This document shows positions 51,501 through 64,000 of a DNA stretch of 64,000 nt, piece after piece. The notes under the pieces were generated by a model that saw only the letters and a program-made list of their open reading frames with translations, did not search any database and was not told the origin of the DNA. The stretch spans positions 2,916,001-2,980,000 of the forward strand of contig NC_087246.1 of the NCBI RefSeq assembly GCF_037042905.1, given 5' to 3'. The stretch is from Lytechinus pictus. Taxonomy: Eukaryota. Numbering within the stretch: the stretch's first letter is position 1; every line of letters starts with the position of its first letter. Position numbers and translations under genes: made by a program.

Positions 51501-54500
51501 GGACAAACAGGGTTTAGCCAGGGTAAAAAGTTTAACTCTAAACATGCCAGACAAATTGCAGCTCTTTTTGAATTATGTGTATTATTTGGTACCACTTGGC
51601 GACAGTGACAAGTAAAGAGTTGATTAAACCATTTCATCAATGATTGTGACAAGTACAGTACATGGAAAAAGATATTATTTCCTTTGGAATGCTTCAAAAG
51701 AAAATTAAGAAAAGAGAGAAATAAAATGAAGGAAAATTAGTGTATATCTGTAGCGAGACTGATAGTGAATCCAGCAATCTTTACACCTGACTGAAACCCT
51801 TTTGGCCTTTATCGATACATACTGAAAAGGTTATCTGCTTATCATTCTATGGGAATACATCTTGTTCCAAACTGAAAACATGAGGAAAACATTAAGTACA
51901 ATTACAAAATTAATATATACTGTAATAACAGTGTATCTTCTTTTATTCAAAATTTCACTGTCTTAAAAAGAATCCTGGCAGCATTTGTTTTCCTTTTAGG
52001 CTAACAAATTTATGAAGAATCAAGAATAAAAAAAGAATTTTAGTAATGCTTTACAAAAATATACTTATGAAGTACATAAACTAAGTCCTGTACTAGTCCA
52101 CCAGTCCACTAGATGTTATATGCTTCATTTGTACCCCTTCTTTCTTACAATCCTCAATCCATCTTTTGATTTTTTAAGAATGAAATTACATCTAAGATTA
52201 TCAAAAACTTCAAACCCAACGTGAAAAACTAGTTCATAGTGAAATGATTATGATTTCAGCATATACATGTATGGAAGAGCATTATATGAGGTGGATAGAA
52301 ATATTTCAATCTGATAGTATGAACACTGCAAATACAATACAAGAAATATATTTTATATATTGAAGAGGAATAGTATATCAAAAAGATGATTACATGTACA
52401 TCATGTTAAGCTGCACTATCTTTGTGCATTGACTGCTTTACTCACAACCTTGAATTAGTAACCTCTATACAACTCCCTCTCACACCAAGTAGAGATCAAT
52501 GATCTCATATTTAATTACATGTGAGGTTTAATAAATCTATAAGTTATACACCATTTTACAAATAATTTATAATCTTTCATTGGATCCCAATCAGTTCTCT
52601 GTCAGAGGTGTATCAAGCATCAGATCCTACAAAGCATTTCATTGGCCCTATTGTCTGGGGACAATAGTGACACTATTATGCTTGTGCTAGTACATTTCTT
52701 TGTCTTAGTTGATGCTGGGTACGCTATTGTCTGTCATTTGTATTCCTGTCACCTACATACAGTGTATACATCTTTCAAGATCATAATTCTCATTTTCAGA
52801 AAGCACATGACTTGAAATATTTCAACATTTCATGTTTGATGTGGTTGTGAGAATATGTCAAAACAAGGAATATTATGGGTTTCTAATTTAGCATAAGAAA
52901 TTGTCACTAGTCATATGTAACATTGAAGAGTTTTATGAAACCCTTAAATTTTTACTCCTGGCCAAAGAAAATTCATCTCTTATTTCAAAATCTTCAATTT
53001 TATCATTTTTTCAATGGTACTACTTACCCAAGCAATATATGAACATTAGACTCTTAACATGTTGTTAGAATGTTGTTAAAACTAACTTTTGTCAAAGTTT
53101 ATTTCTCTTTGTTTTTCTGTAAGTCTTTAGTCTACTACTTACATAGATGTAAATCAAAAACATGATTTACCATAGAAATGATGTCAACACATCAAGCAAA
53201 ATTTGCACATATGTGTATTCCAAATACTAGTATTAGATTTTAGAACAAAAAAACACATGACTGCAGCATATTAAAAAAATGCACTAGTAATTAGGACTTC
53301 AGGTGGGAATTAAGAATGAGATTCTTAATAAAGGGAATGTAGAAAAGAAAAGTGATTTTCAAAGAAACACTCCAAATAAATAGTACCTCTTTAAATCTTT
53401 GCAGATTTGCACATTTATAATTATAAATTGCCCCAATTGTACAAATTATAGCCAACTATCATATCATCTGAATGAGGAAATATATTCAGAATTGGTTTAT
53501 TAATTTAAACTAAAACAAATGTCTTGTATGACATAATGGTGCACCTAACAAGAGGAAGGATATGAATATCCTTGTATAAACTAAATATAAAATACAATAT
53601 ACAAGCTTATATGCACATAGCTGCGAAACAAGATAGGTAACTAAATAGCACATAAGGGCATGAGCACCTACATAGATAATGCAAACTATTATAACAAAAA
53701 GATATGGAGGATATAATTCAGTTCAAATAATAAGCACAGAGAAAAGATTTTATCAGTTTGTTTTGACATAAAAAAATGAACTGGTATATGTTTTCATTAT
53801 GAAGAAAACTAAAAATATTTAATGTAAAAGAAATCTAAAGAAAACAAAATATAAAGATTTATGAGTTAATTTCTTTCAAAGTGGATTGAAAGTAATAAGA
53901 AAAATCAGAAGACAAAGTTTAACCTAACACAACCTGAGAAAATAAAGTTAAAAGTATTTTTATATCTACATGTAGCTTTGAACCATGCCAAAATCTGGTA
54001 ATATTGACTATTAATATCTGCACACAGCTTCAACTATGAAAATGATCATCTAGAACGGTAAAATATGTGAAGACTGAAAAGAATGCAAATTTATTTAAGA
54101 AAAAAATGGTAAACCTAGAAGTAGAGATGTACTCTTTGGCTGGATAAAAATTAACAATTCAGAAAAACAAAATTCAAATAGTGCTTTGAAAAGTTCATTT
54201 AGACATAGGGCAACAATGCTCAGCAATGTTTTTATGTAAAACTCAATGATATAAGCAAAAAAAAATAAAGGTTTAAGAGGTAAAACTAGAAGACTCTTAA
54301 CTGTGAGCCTATCACTTTCTTTTACAAATCTTGCACAAAATTGTTCTCAAGTGTTTGAGCTGACAAACTGATGACATCACTCAACATGTTATCACAAAGC
54401 TTTTCTCATGCAGTTGAAGCCAGCAACATTTCCTGGGAAAGTTTTTATTTGAAATCAAGTTTAATTGTTATCATACAATAACTGACCCATATAAATAGGT

Positions 54501-57500
54501 TTAAACAAATGAAACATTAAATAATTCACTCCACATTGAAAATCAAGCACAATGAAGATAATTGACACAGATGTATTGGAACATGTAGAGTATCGCATGG
54601 GTAAAGATATGTCACATGGCACAAATGTCAGAATTATTCTGCCCATTTCTCATTTATTAGTCATTTTTTACAACAATCATTTTGCATGTGATATTCATCC
54701 CTACATCATGTGTGTCAACGTAGTTGTCTCTCTATGCTCACTACAGATACAAATATTTTAGATTTCACTAAACTTGTATGTGCACGTTCGTCCACATGAA
54801 ACAGCAAGATAACTAGCAGGTCATGACACGCTGCCCAGCCCGCAAGATCTTGCATAGCATCATGTCACGACCTGGTTGGGTGATGCAAAGGTGCAACTTG
54901 TGCACACTTGCTTTGATTCTTTTTTACATGACTTAGGGGATATCATATGGTGACAGGCAACTCTGCCTTAGTCAAAACTCTTGGGACCAGAGAAATCTAT
55001 TCCACTTAAATTTTGACATATAAGAGGTATATAACATGTTTTCAATAATCTGGTCTAAGAAAAAAAGGCTTCTACTTAAGCGATTATTCGACTTACATGT
55101 ACATTATGGAAGGTCGACTTAGGTAGAGTTACCTGTATATTTTGGTGTTCAGAAAGCAATTTCAAATATGATAAACATAAAGCATCGTACAACTTACATT
55201 AATTTTGTGAAAAGTCACTGAAAACTGTGTTCTATAAGGGAAAAGATCCATTGCATTGATCTTCATGCTAAGCTAGAGCGGTTGAAATGACGTCACTCAC
55301 GCGCACGTCGACTATGATTTAGATCGGCAGAATTGAGGTGGGGAGGTCCTCACTTTTGTTAGTCGGCGAGGGTGAGGACCTGACGCATATAGCATGCCTT
55401 AATATGACACCATCTCGTACCAATCGTGGACATATCATTCTATAAGTGCTTAATGTCATGAGATTTTCATGCAAAATTGGAATTTTCAGAGATGAAGCCT
55501 ACATCATACAAAAAAGGGATGATTTGTCACACAGAAAACACAGAAAGCATGCTGCTGAGCTTTCTTGCATCATGTCTAGCTTTATAGTCATCAACAAAAT
55601 TATTCTCACTTCACACACAGAACTATGAAAAATAAAACTAAACAAAAAATAAAAAGTACAAAATAACATAGCTAACTGTTCAATTATGTACAAACTACAT
55701 ATCTTGGAAATAAAATAAAATAAAAATGAATGTGAGATGTAATGCAGAAGATGACTTGACCAGCAAGTAAAATTGCTTGATATAATATAAACTTTCCCAC
55801 AAATTTTCAGGTTTCTCATGTTTTAACAATGGCAATTTAACATGACAATCAGACTTTCATGAGCTTTCAATGTACTGAATGCACATTCAGATCACATGAT
55901 TTATAAATCAACTTTATTACTACACAGCACAATTAAAGAGGAACAACATAATTTCAAGTTAAATAGTCCAATTAATAGCATGCGTCAATTTTTATTCATT
56001 AACATTCCCAGTTGTAAATTAGGTCAAATGAGCTGATGTTGTGTCATAATTAGCTAATAGTTAAACCAGAACAGTAGACAGAGTTCAGAATACAAGCTAT
56101 AATGTAAAACTTTGAATGCCCTTTATAGTACTACATAGAACTGATAATATAGACAAAATTGATCAAGATCCAATCTTGATGCAAGAAATGAATGGATAGT
56201 TAGTATTTTTGTTTTCTTGCCAATTGCAAATGGGTGATTCAAGTAAGGCGTTGACCTTTTGGTGTTGGTGTTAAAGCAATTTGAACATCAGTACAGCATC
56301 AAAATTCAATTGAGACTGACCTTGGGACAGGATGCTCTGATGTGATTTGAACCATGCTTGTAAACTCAGATCTGGGTCCCGTAACACAAAGGTTAGTGAT
56401 TGATCGTACGCTTGATTTTCGCAAATAATTGTACATTGTAGCCAATGCAATCAATTGTAAAAAAAAAAGTTGTACGATGATTGATAAGCTTTGTGTTATG
56501 GGCCCTAGGTGCTGGAGAAAGGGAAAGCAATCTACATGTAATTTGGGCTTTCAACATCAATACTGAACTTGAAATCAACCAATGGACAGAGCTTCAAACT
56601 GGAGATACAGTGCTATTAATCTCAATCAGTTTCTTGCCATACTTAACTGTAAACATCAAATGTACTTTTAAATTAACAAGCAAAATTGTCACTAATTGAT
56701 CTTTATCCATTCATTGTTGATGAACTCAAAGCAAAGGTCTCATATCTTTCTATTAACAGGATTTTTCATCAGTATAGTACAATAATAGATGATTCTTGAT
56801 ACCTACCCGGTGAATAAGAGTTTTGAACGAGTCCAAGTAGTTTATGTTCCTGATACCAACCTGGTTGGTGTTTCATAGATCTGTTTATAAGTCACATATG
56901 ACTGATTACACATGGTGCTAAATCACATTCACATGCACTCCTAGTATATTAAAACTGGGAAATTGGGGGTATCCCATTAAGCATGAGAAAGAGTAACCAG
57001 TTATGCATAAAGCTCTGTATAAAAACGGCCCTTGGTATTTACTTTATTCCCATTCTCACTTCTTGAGGGACAAATTGGTGAGCATCATGTTTTATAAGCT
57101 ATTGCTGAAGTTATGATGTTATTCCCTCTTGTTTACCTCACTGAATCATTATTGTTGAAAAGATTGTCAGAATATGTCTCCATCCACACTTGATATGGAC
57201 CTGTGTTAGTCTTTCCCACGAGAGTATCAGCCACTTCAGAAGTCAATCACCATGAGAATTAAAGCTCTCCAGTATGAAATAGGCAAGAACCACATGCATA
57301 CAGAAAGAACCATATTGTCCAAGAAGTTTTTCACAAAACAGACATTAGTTAACCTTCATGTAAGCAATAGCCAATGACAGTCAATAGCACTAGTAAGAGT
57401 CTAGATGATGCATCCATACAAACAGGAGTAGAGTTGTTCAAAGTCTTGAGCGACATCTCTCCTGCTTCTGTCAGGGGTTGTTTCAACCGTCAGACTCTGT

Positions 57501-57542
57501 GCCTGTACCAAGTTCCATCTTTCATAGGATAGTGTAACTGTC

Positions 57543-60500
57543 TCAATTGCAGCATCCTGCTTTTTTGTTCTTATCCCTTGACCTTCCATCTATATCATCA
57601 GGTTTCAATTCTAGAGAGAAAAACAAGAGTAACATTATACAGTTGACACATTATATTTACTGACAGAAGTTTTGCAGCCTTGTGAGCTCTTGTGTTTACT
57701 TCTTGCAAACACAGACATTTTTGTATACATGAAATATAATACATTAATGTCCTCATTTATCACCTGATTTCAAGTTTAAACCAAAAATTAACCAACTTTC
57801 ACTTGGATGGAAGATTATTATTTTGACTATACATCTTTGAAGAGGTAAGCAGACTAATCTCTCAACAATAAGAATAAAATAAAATAAAATGTGTGATACA
57901 AATACTCTTTACGACCGATCCAAAGTTCAAACTGCATTTCCTGTCACAAGACTGGATCAATCAAATATCGATTCAAATTTATTAGCTGACCAGGTTCATA
58001 AATGAAGTCTTTATTAACCTGAGGTCCAAGGGTGATTATTTGCCACTCTTGAAGCTCAATAAGATTGTCAATTCTTTTAGATGTAGGCCTACATGTATTA
58101 CAAGGCATTTGCATAAATATGAGTATTACTCATCATGGTCTGGGGAACATTCTTGCCATATAGGTTGACTCTAAAGGTTAATGACTCCTGCAAGACTGAT
58201 GGTATAGAAATTTGAATCTATCACTGCTTTTTCACCATATAATTTCTCATGGTTTTTTTTTTTTGTATAAAGAGACCATTGATTTATGTCTCATTGGAAT
58301 TAAAAGAAAACCACTCTCCATCCTAATCTCATTTGTATGTTACCCTTCAATTAATGGCGATTTCCATGGAATGTTGATTTTGTTTTGTTACTGCGGTAGT
58401 TATATTGAAAGTCAAAAGCATGAAGAGGTTAACTCTTTTGGAAATAATTCCAACATAAAAATCTCCTGGAGTAAAGCTCCCTTGGAAGTTATCTCCCTGG
58501 AGGGCAAACCTTGAGCAGGACAATTCAAATTCACTTTATTATAAAAAAAAAAAAAGAATACACAAAATATGAAAATCAAAAAGAAAACAATCAAATATAC
58601 GAGATATCAAAAGACAAAAGGAAAAGGGTAAAACCAATTTGAAGTGGATGTAGGGGATTTCCAAAGGTCAAACACCTAACAGTAATTACACAATTACAGT
58701 AGAGCGAAAACACAAAAAAAGGTTATGCCTCCAGGTTGCCCCTGAAGGTGGAAATGCATGGTAATATCTGCAATGTTCTACATAAGATCTCACCACAGGA
58801 AAACTTCCAAGATGCAAGAGAGGTTCTCCTTAAGGAATTGTCCTACATATACAGTGCGTATCAACAAAAACGGGACAGATTTGAAAAGTCTATAAAATTT
58901 TAGTTTCAAATTATTATGTCTATATTTTGGTGTTAATAGGTGCTCTAAGGTCTTGTCTTTCAAATGCTATTAAAAAAACTTAGTTTTGTTCATGCTTGAG
59001 CGAACACGGGACGTTTTTGTTGGGGGTTCAAAAAGAGGCTTGCGCCAGAATTGCAGAATATGAGTAATATGATGATCGGACTTCTTTCTAATTAGCAGAC
59101 TTCCTCTTAACCTTTTCATTATCTTTGCCATAATTTTCAAATCATGCGGTCAAAATTCATTTTCAGATCTCTTTATTTGCTTGAATTATTCTGTTATTTC
59201 TTTTTAATATGCTCTCTGTTAGCTTTGAATATTCCTTCTTCAAGCTAAAATTTTTCTTTACAACCGAATTATGGGAGAGCATGGATTTTTTTATTCAAAT
59301 CCTTTCATTATGTGCTACAAAGATTATGGTTCCTTTTGAACAAAGCCACACAGATGGGCGGGCGCTCGGGTTGCTCCCCCCCCCCTTAATTAAAACAAGT
59401 GGAATGCCTCTGGCCGTCTCACCTGCATCACGCGATTCAATATAGCAGCAGTGCTGATTTTGAAAACTACTATAACTCGCACAAGATGTTCAGTGATACT
59501 TGGTTACTCTTATTTCCACGTTTTATGAACTAGACCAATACACTTATAGAGATATAATGGCAATTCAACAAATACCCCCAACGTGGCCAAAGTTCTTTGA
59601 CCTTACATGACCTTTGACCTTGATCATGTGACCTGAAACTCGCACAGGATGTTCAGTGATACTTGATTACTATTATGTCCAAGTTTTATGAACTAGACCA
59701 ACACACTTTCAAATTTATGGCTGTAATTCAACAAATACCCCAATTTGGCCAAAGTTCATTGACCCTTAATGACCTTTGACCTTGATCATGTGACCTGAAA
59801 CTTGCACAGGATGTTCAGTAATACTTGATTACTATTATGTCCAAGTTTCATGAATCAGATCCATAAACTTTCAAAGTTATGATGGTAATTCAACAGATAC
59901 CCCCAATCCGGCCAAAGTTCATTGACCCTAAATGACCTTTGACCTTGGTCATGTGACGTGAAACTCATGCAGGATGTTCAGTGATACTTGATTAACCTTA
60001 TGTATAAGTTTCATGAACTAGGTCCATATATTTTCTAAGTTATGATGACATTTCAAAAACTTAACCTTAGGTTAAGATTTTGATGTTGATTCCCCCAACA
60101 TGGTCTAAGTTCATTGACCCTAAATGACCTTTGACCTTGGTCATGTGACATGAAACTCAGGCAGGATGTTCAGTAATACTTGATTAACCTTATGGCCAAG
60201 TTTCATGAACTAGGTCCATATACTTTCTAAGTTATGCTGTCATTTCAAAAACTTAACCTCAGGTTAAGATTTGGTGTTGACGCCGCCGTCGCCGCCGCCG
60301 CCGCCGTCGCCGTCGGAAAAGCGGCGCCTATAGTCTCACTCTGCTATGCAGGTGAGACAAAAATCATGACCAAGAAAAAAGTGGACAGGAAATAAAAGGA
60401 AAGATAGAAAGTAAAATATGATATTATTTTCTGAATATTATGTCAAAATCTATCACAAACTTTGATATTGTAATTTAAAAAAGTGGGAATATTTGCGTGC

Positions 60501-62675
60501 TCACTTCGCTCGCTCACAACTTTTTAATACATTTTACTCGATCTGCCATATCTAGCTCCTTCAAAATTCACTCAATACATCATGGTCATTGAAAGACATG
60601 AATCCCTTCCTGTGTTTCCTGTCAAGCAATTAAACTTGGTCAAGGAATTAATGACCCATTGAAAAATAGATTCATGTCTTTTAAAGGTACATAACATAAT
60701 TTGTTTCACATAATAAAACGATTTGAATAATCACAAGTTTTCCCAATTAATAATTCAAATCTTCTTGCTTGGGTTGACAAAAAAAATCTTCTTTCCTCAG
60801 TTACTTATGAAGGAAAATTAAAAGGTAAGAGAAGTTTAAATGAAAAAAACAAAATAATTCAATTAAATAAATAACTTTGTAAATGAAATTTGACAGCATA
60901 ATTTGAAAAGTGTGGCACAGATAATGAAAAGGTCAAGAGGAAGTCTCCTGATTAGCAAGAAGTCTGATCATTGTATTACACATATTCTGCAATTCTGGCG
61001 CAAGCCTCTTTTTGAACCCCCAACAAAAACGTCATGTGTTTGCTCAAGCATGAATAACATTTTTTTTTTTTTAATTGCATTTCAAAGATAAGACCTTAGA
61101 GCATCTATTAACACTAAAATATAGACATCATTATTTGAAACAAAAATTTGATAGACTTTTCAAATCTGTCCCGTTTTTTTTTATACGCACTGTAGAGCCA
61201 TTGCAGATATCATATTACCATGTATTTCCAAACTCAGGGGCAACCTGAAAATATACTGTACTTGTATAGTTCAGAGCTTTTTGACAGACAACAAGATATG
61301 TATTCATTTGTAAAGTTCGAACCTGGATTGTGGGTTTTTTTTCTTTCCTTTCTGTAATTTGCTCTGAAGCGCCTTGGGCATCTAATTAAGGTGGAAAGTG
61401 CACTATTTGAATTCTATGTACATTATTTCATGTAATAGGACCAAGATTGAAGTCTCCTTCAAGAATGTTACAGCCACTTACTTATTCTATTCTCACTGCT
61501 TTGTGAGATGGCAATTTGTCGACTAGCTGACTTAGCCTCAAGATCATCCAGAGCTTTCAGTACTGATGAATTGAAAGTTATACCTGCTAGGCGGTTGAAG
61601 AATTCCTCAACATTTTGACCTGGTTCAAGGAACAATTGTGATATCATCTGTAATTATTTGTTTTGTTTGAAGCTACAATGCATTAATTCAACTAGCTACT
61701 TTTACATATTCTTTTCACAAAATAAGCATTTCATTCATGCATCTCTGATAGTCAACATTATTTCAAACATAATGTACATTATTTGCTATATTGCTTGTTA
61801 TCACTGAACATGTGTGTTTTTTCTGAACATTGGCATTGTTGTACGACCCTGTATTCTGCCAGAAAGCGGGGGGGGGGGGGGGAGGGACCACAATCTCTGA
61901 CAGAGGATAAGATACATGTAAATAAAGTCATAATAATTCAAAACCATATTCATTATGTTGCCGTTCCATTTATTTGAACCACCACTATGAATTAGTTTTA
62001 AAACATAACCCTTAATGTTTAAGAGTAATTGTGAAGTGCAATGGTCCTTCTTTGAATATTTCTTTGTTATGAACTCAGACAACATAGCAGGTGGGTGTTT
62101 CATAAAGCTGTTTGTAAGTTAAGAGCGACTTTAAGAATGACTGGTGATCCTTTCTTGTGGTGAATGGTATACAACAAAATGTTCATTGGCAATGGATCAA
62201 CTCGTAAGAAAGGTTCACCAGTCATTCTTAAAGTCGCTCTTAATTTACGAACAGCTTTATGAAATGGCCCCCAGGAATCACATATTTTGTAATTACAAAG
62301 CTCAAGAATGATGAAAGGTGTAAGACAAATCTGCAATTCAGATTCATTCCATGAAGCTCTAGAACACCAGTATTATTTTGTAACCATCAGCACCATCATA
62401 ACCATTAGTAATCAAATCATCCTCATCATCAATAATATAAAAAAAACAGTATTGCTGTCACCATCAGTACCGTGAATGCCATAGTCCTTGTCCTCCTCTA
62501 CCTCTTCCTCCTTATCATCATTATCATCATCATCATCACCACGACCACCACCACCATGATCATCAACTATCACCCCCTCACCTGATAATGAAGAAACTGT
62601 CCAGTATTCTGCATTAATATCTTTAGCAACCTCCATAGCAGCCTTCTCCACCTCATGAACCTCATCCTGTGTTTC
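57543..62675 (-). CDS. RAB34: Rab34/Rab36-like small GTPase, 3' part (exons 62675-62582, 61619-61482, 57610-57543); upstream exons lie outside the window or were not found
   Basis: Spliced: ETQDEVHEVEKAAMEVAKDINAEYWTVSSLSGQNVEEFFNRLAGITFNSSVLKAL...KNKKAGCCN*. AEYWxVSSLxGxNV..FF.R.A..TF resembles the Rab34/36 G5 region; C-terminal CCX prenylation motif; GT-AG junctions are in phase. Rab34 versus Rab36 is not resolved. Confidence 0.85.
58852..61192. mobile_element. Tc1/mariner-like non-autonomous element with ~250-bp TIRs
   Basis: TA|CAGTGCGTAT...CGGGACAGATTTGAAAAGTCTAT ... ATAGACTTTTCAAATCTGTCCCG...ATACGCACTG|TA. Confidence 0.88.
59392..60362 (-). mobile_element. Helentron-associated HINE/DINE-1-like element with internal tandem repeat
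   Basis: SubTIRs GTCTCACCTGCAT / ATGCAGGTGAGAC, terminal stem-loop, (GCC)n microsatellite, about five 160-190-bp units containing TGACCTTTGACCTTG, A/T-run insertion site with no TSD. Confidence 0.8.
62091..62271. mobile_element. Palindromic Harbinger-type MITE
   Basis: CAG|GTGGGTGTTTCATAAAGCTGTT...TTAAGAGCGACTTTAAGAATGACTGGTGA with its inverted copy ending ...GAAATGGCCCC|CAG. Confidence 0.85.
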
Positions 62676-64000
62676 CTGGAAACAATGGATATATCAACAT
62701 ACATGATGATGGTGATCAAAATAACAACATCAATGAAAATAATAATAATGATAATAATATAAAGTTGTTTTTTATAATAAAATAAATAAAGAAAAAATAG
62801 TTATATATAAACATATCTATATTTACAAGAAATCAACTTTGAAGATACAGTTGTATAAAGAATACAGTTGTATAAGGATGACAAATACTGGTTAATATAG
62901 CATGTATTTTTCTGCGAAATCAACTATAATTGTTAACATTGTATTTCTTTATTCTTAAAGCTAGTGTTTTATTAAAGAAATCAATATTTATGGAGGCTTC
63001 TGTATAATATAATTTTACATAAAGATCTACATGTAGTTAAAGCATGCAATTTTCACATTATATGTAGGACGACTACAAGTGGTATATGAATTCCAGGAAT
63101 CAACATTTTTTTTTACAATCCAACACTTTAGCAATATGGGTCAATGCTGAAAAGGAAGTCAAGAATATTAAACAGGATGTTCATCAGGAAACAACTGTTT
63201 CAAACCATAGAAATAATAATCCAATTGTAAATTCATACACATTCGTATTGTGAAATATACTGGTATTATATTTTCACTGCTCTTATGAGAACAAGTGTAA
63301 ATATAATGGAAGTATACCGTGTCCATAAAAGGATTAATACAGTATGTGTAATTGCATATTAGCTGCATGTGATACAGGACTTGTGCACAGACTTTATGGC
63401 ATCTATACTCTGTTGCAAATTGATGAACTTATTACACTGTCAACGCCATAATTTCTGCATAATTAGATATTATACGGTCTTTTTTTTTTTTTACTAATCA
63501 ATGTATTCAAAATTTCTTTCATGATGTTGGTTTTGTTTTCATGCACAGCAATAATAAACAAAATAAATGAAGTCCTTTTATCCAGTGTCATTTTTGCCTG
63601 CCGTTTTATAATATAAAAAAAACATAGTATATGATCAGTACCAAAATGAAAAGCCCTGAAATTCTGAATGTGACTCACTTTTGAAAATAGGTGCACTGTG
63701 TAGTACCCTTATTTGAGGGCATTACTTTGGTCACTTGAATAATTCATAGTGTAAATCATAATGTATAGGCTTACTTACTTTCTCAAATACTGGGAAAATT
63801 AACCAAAACAATTCTACTTGCAATCATATATCATATTATATTCACATACTAAATTGATATCACCCTCGTCTACCACTCGGGCGATATAAATCTAGTTTGG
63901 GCGATATATGTCGTATCGCCCCGAGGCCAGTCGATATTGCTTTATTATATTGACATACCATCTAAAACGTAGTCTCATAATTAACCTGACATAAGCAAAG

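Noticed and set aside
54780..55440. CpG-richer block, possible TIR element
   Set aside because: Only a GTCCAC/GTGGAC match; no convincing TIR or TSD.
57401..57589. 62-aa minus-strand ORF
   Set aside because: It is an alternative frame overlapping the last Rab exon; the true frame ends GCCN* at 57543.
59470..60290. CRISPR-like repeat array
   Set aside because: Whole units repeat with no unique spacers, there are no cas genes, and the context is eukaryotic.
62412..62581. Acidic/Gly extension of the Rab ORF
   Set aside because: It lies past the GTGAG donor at 62581 and is an intronic (ATC/ACC)n microsatellite.
63855..63950. GGGCGATAT repeats, possible element end
   Set aside because: Too short, and no partner end was identified in the window.

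Overview
AT-rich eukaryotic genomic DNA with spliceosomal introns. The repeat families suggest an invertebrate deuterostome such as a sea urchin (inference). The window holds two convergent host genes. (1) A complete 14-coding-exon ABCB-type half-transporter on + (2317-41851, 798 aa by hand splicing, with a TAPL/ABCB9-like TMD0-TMD-NBD layout). (2) The last three coding exons of a Rab34/Rab36-like GTPase on - (62675-57543). Introns and intergenic DNA are packed with transposons: MITEs with readable TIRs/TSDs, two tRNA-derived SINEs, a decayed L2/Crack-type LINE, a decayed hAT transposon with a 6-bp TSD, and a Helentron-type HINE. The most unusual object is a ~9.7-kb element in ABC intron 8 (16675-26397). 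It has imperfect 17-bp TIRs, a TTA duplication and repeated subterminal motifs. I see no transposase in it, but it carries an intronless coiled-coil plus BEN-domain-like gene interrupted by one stop codon. All coordinates were read by eye and may be off by a few bases.
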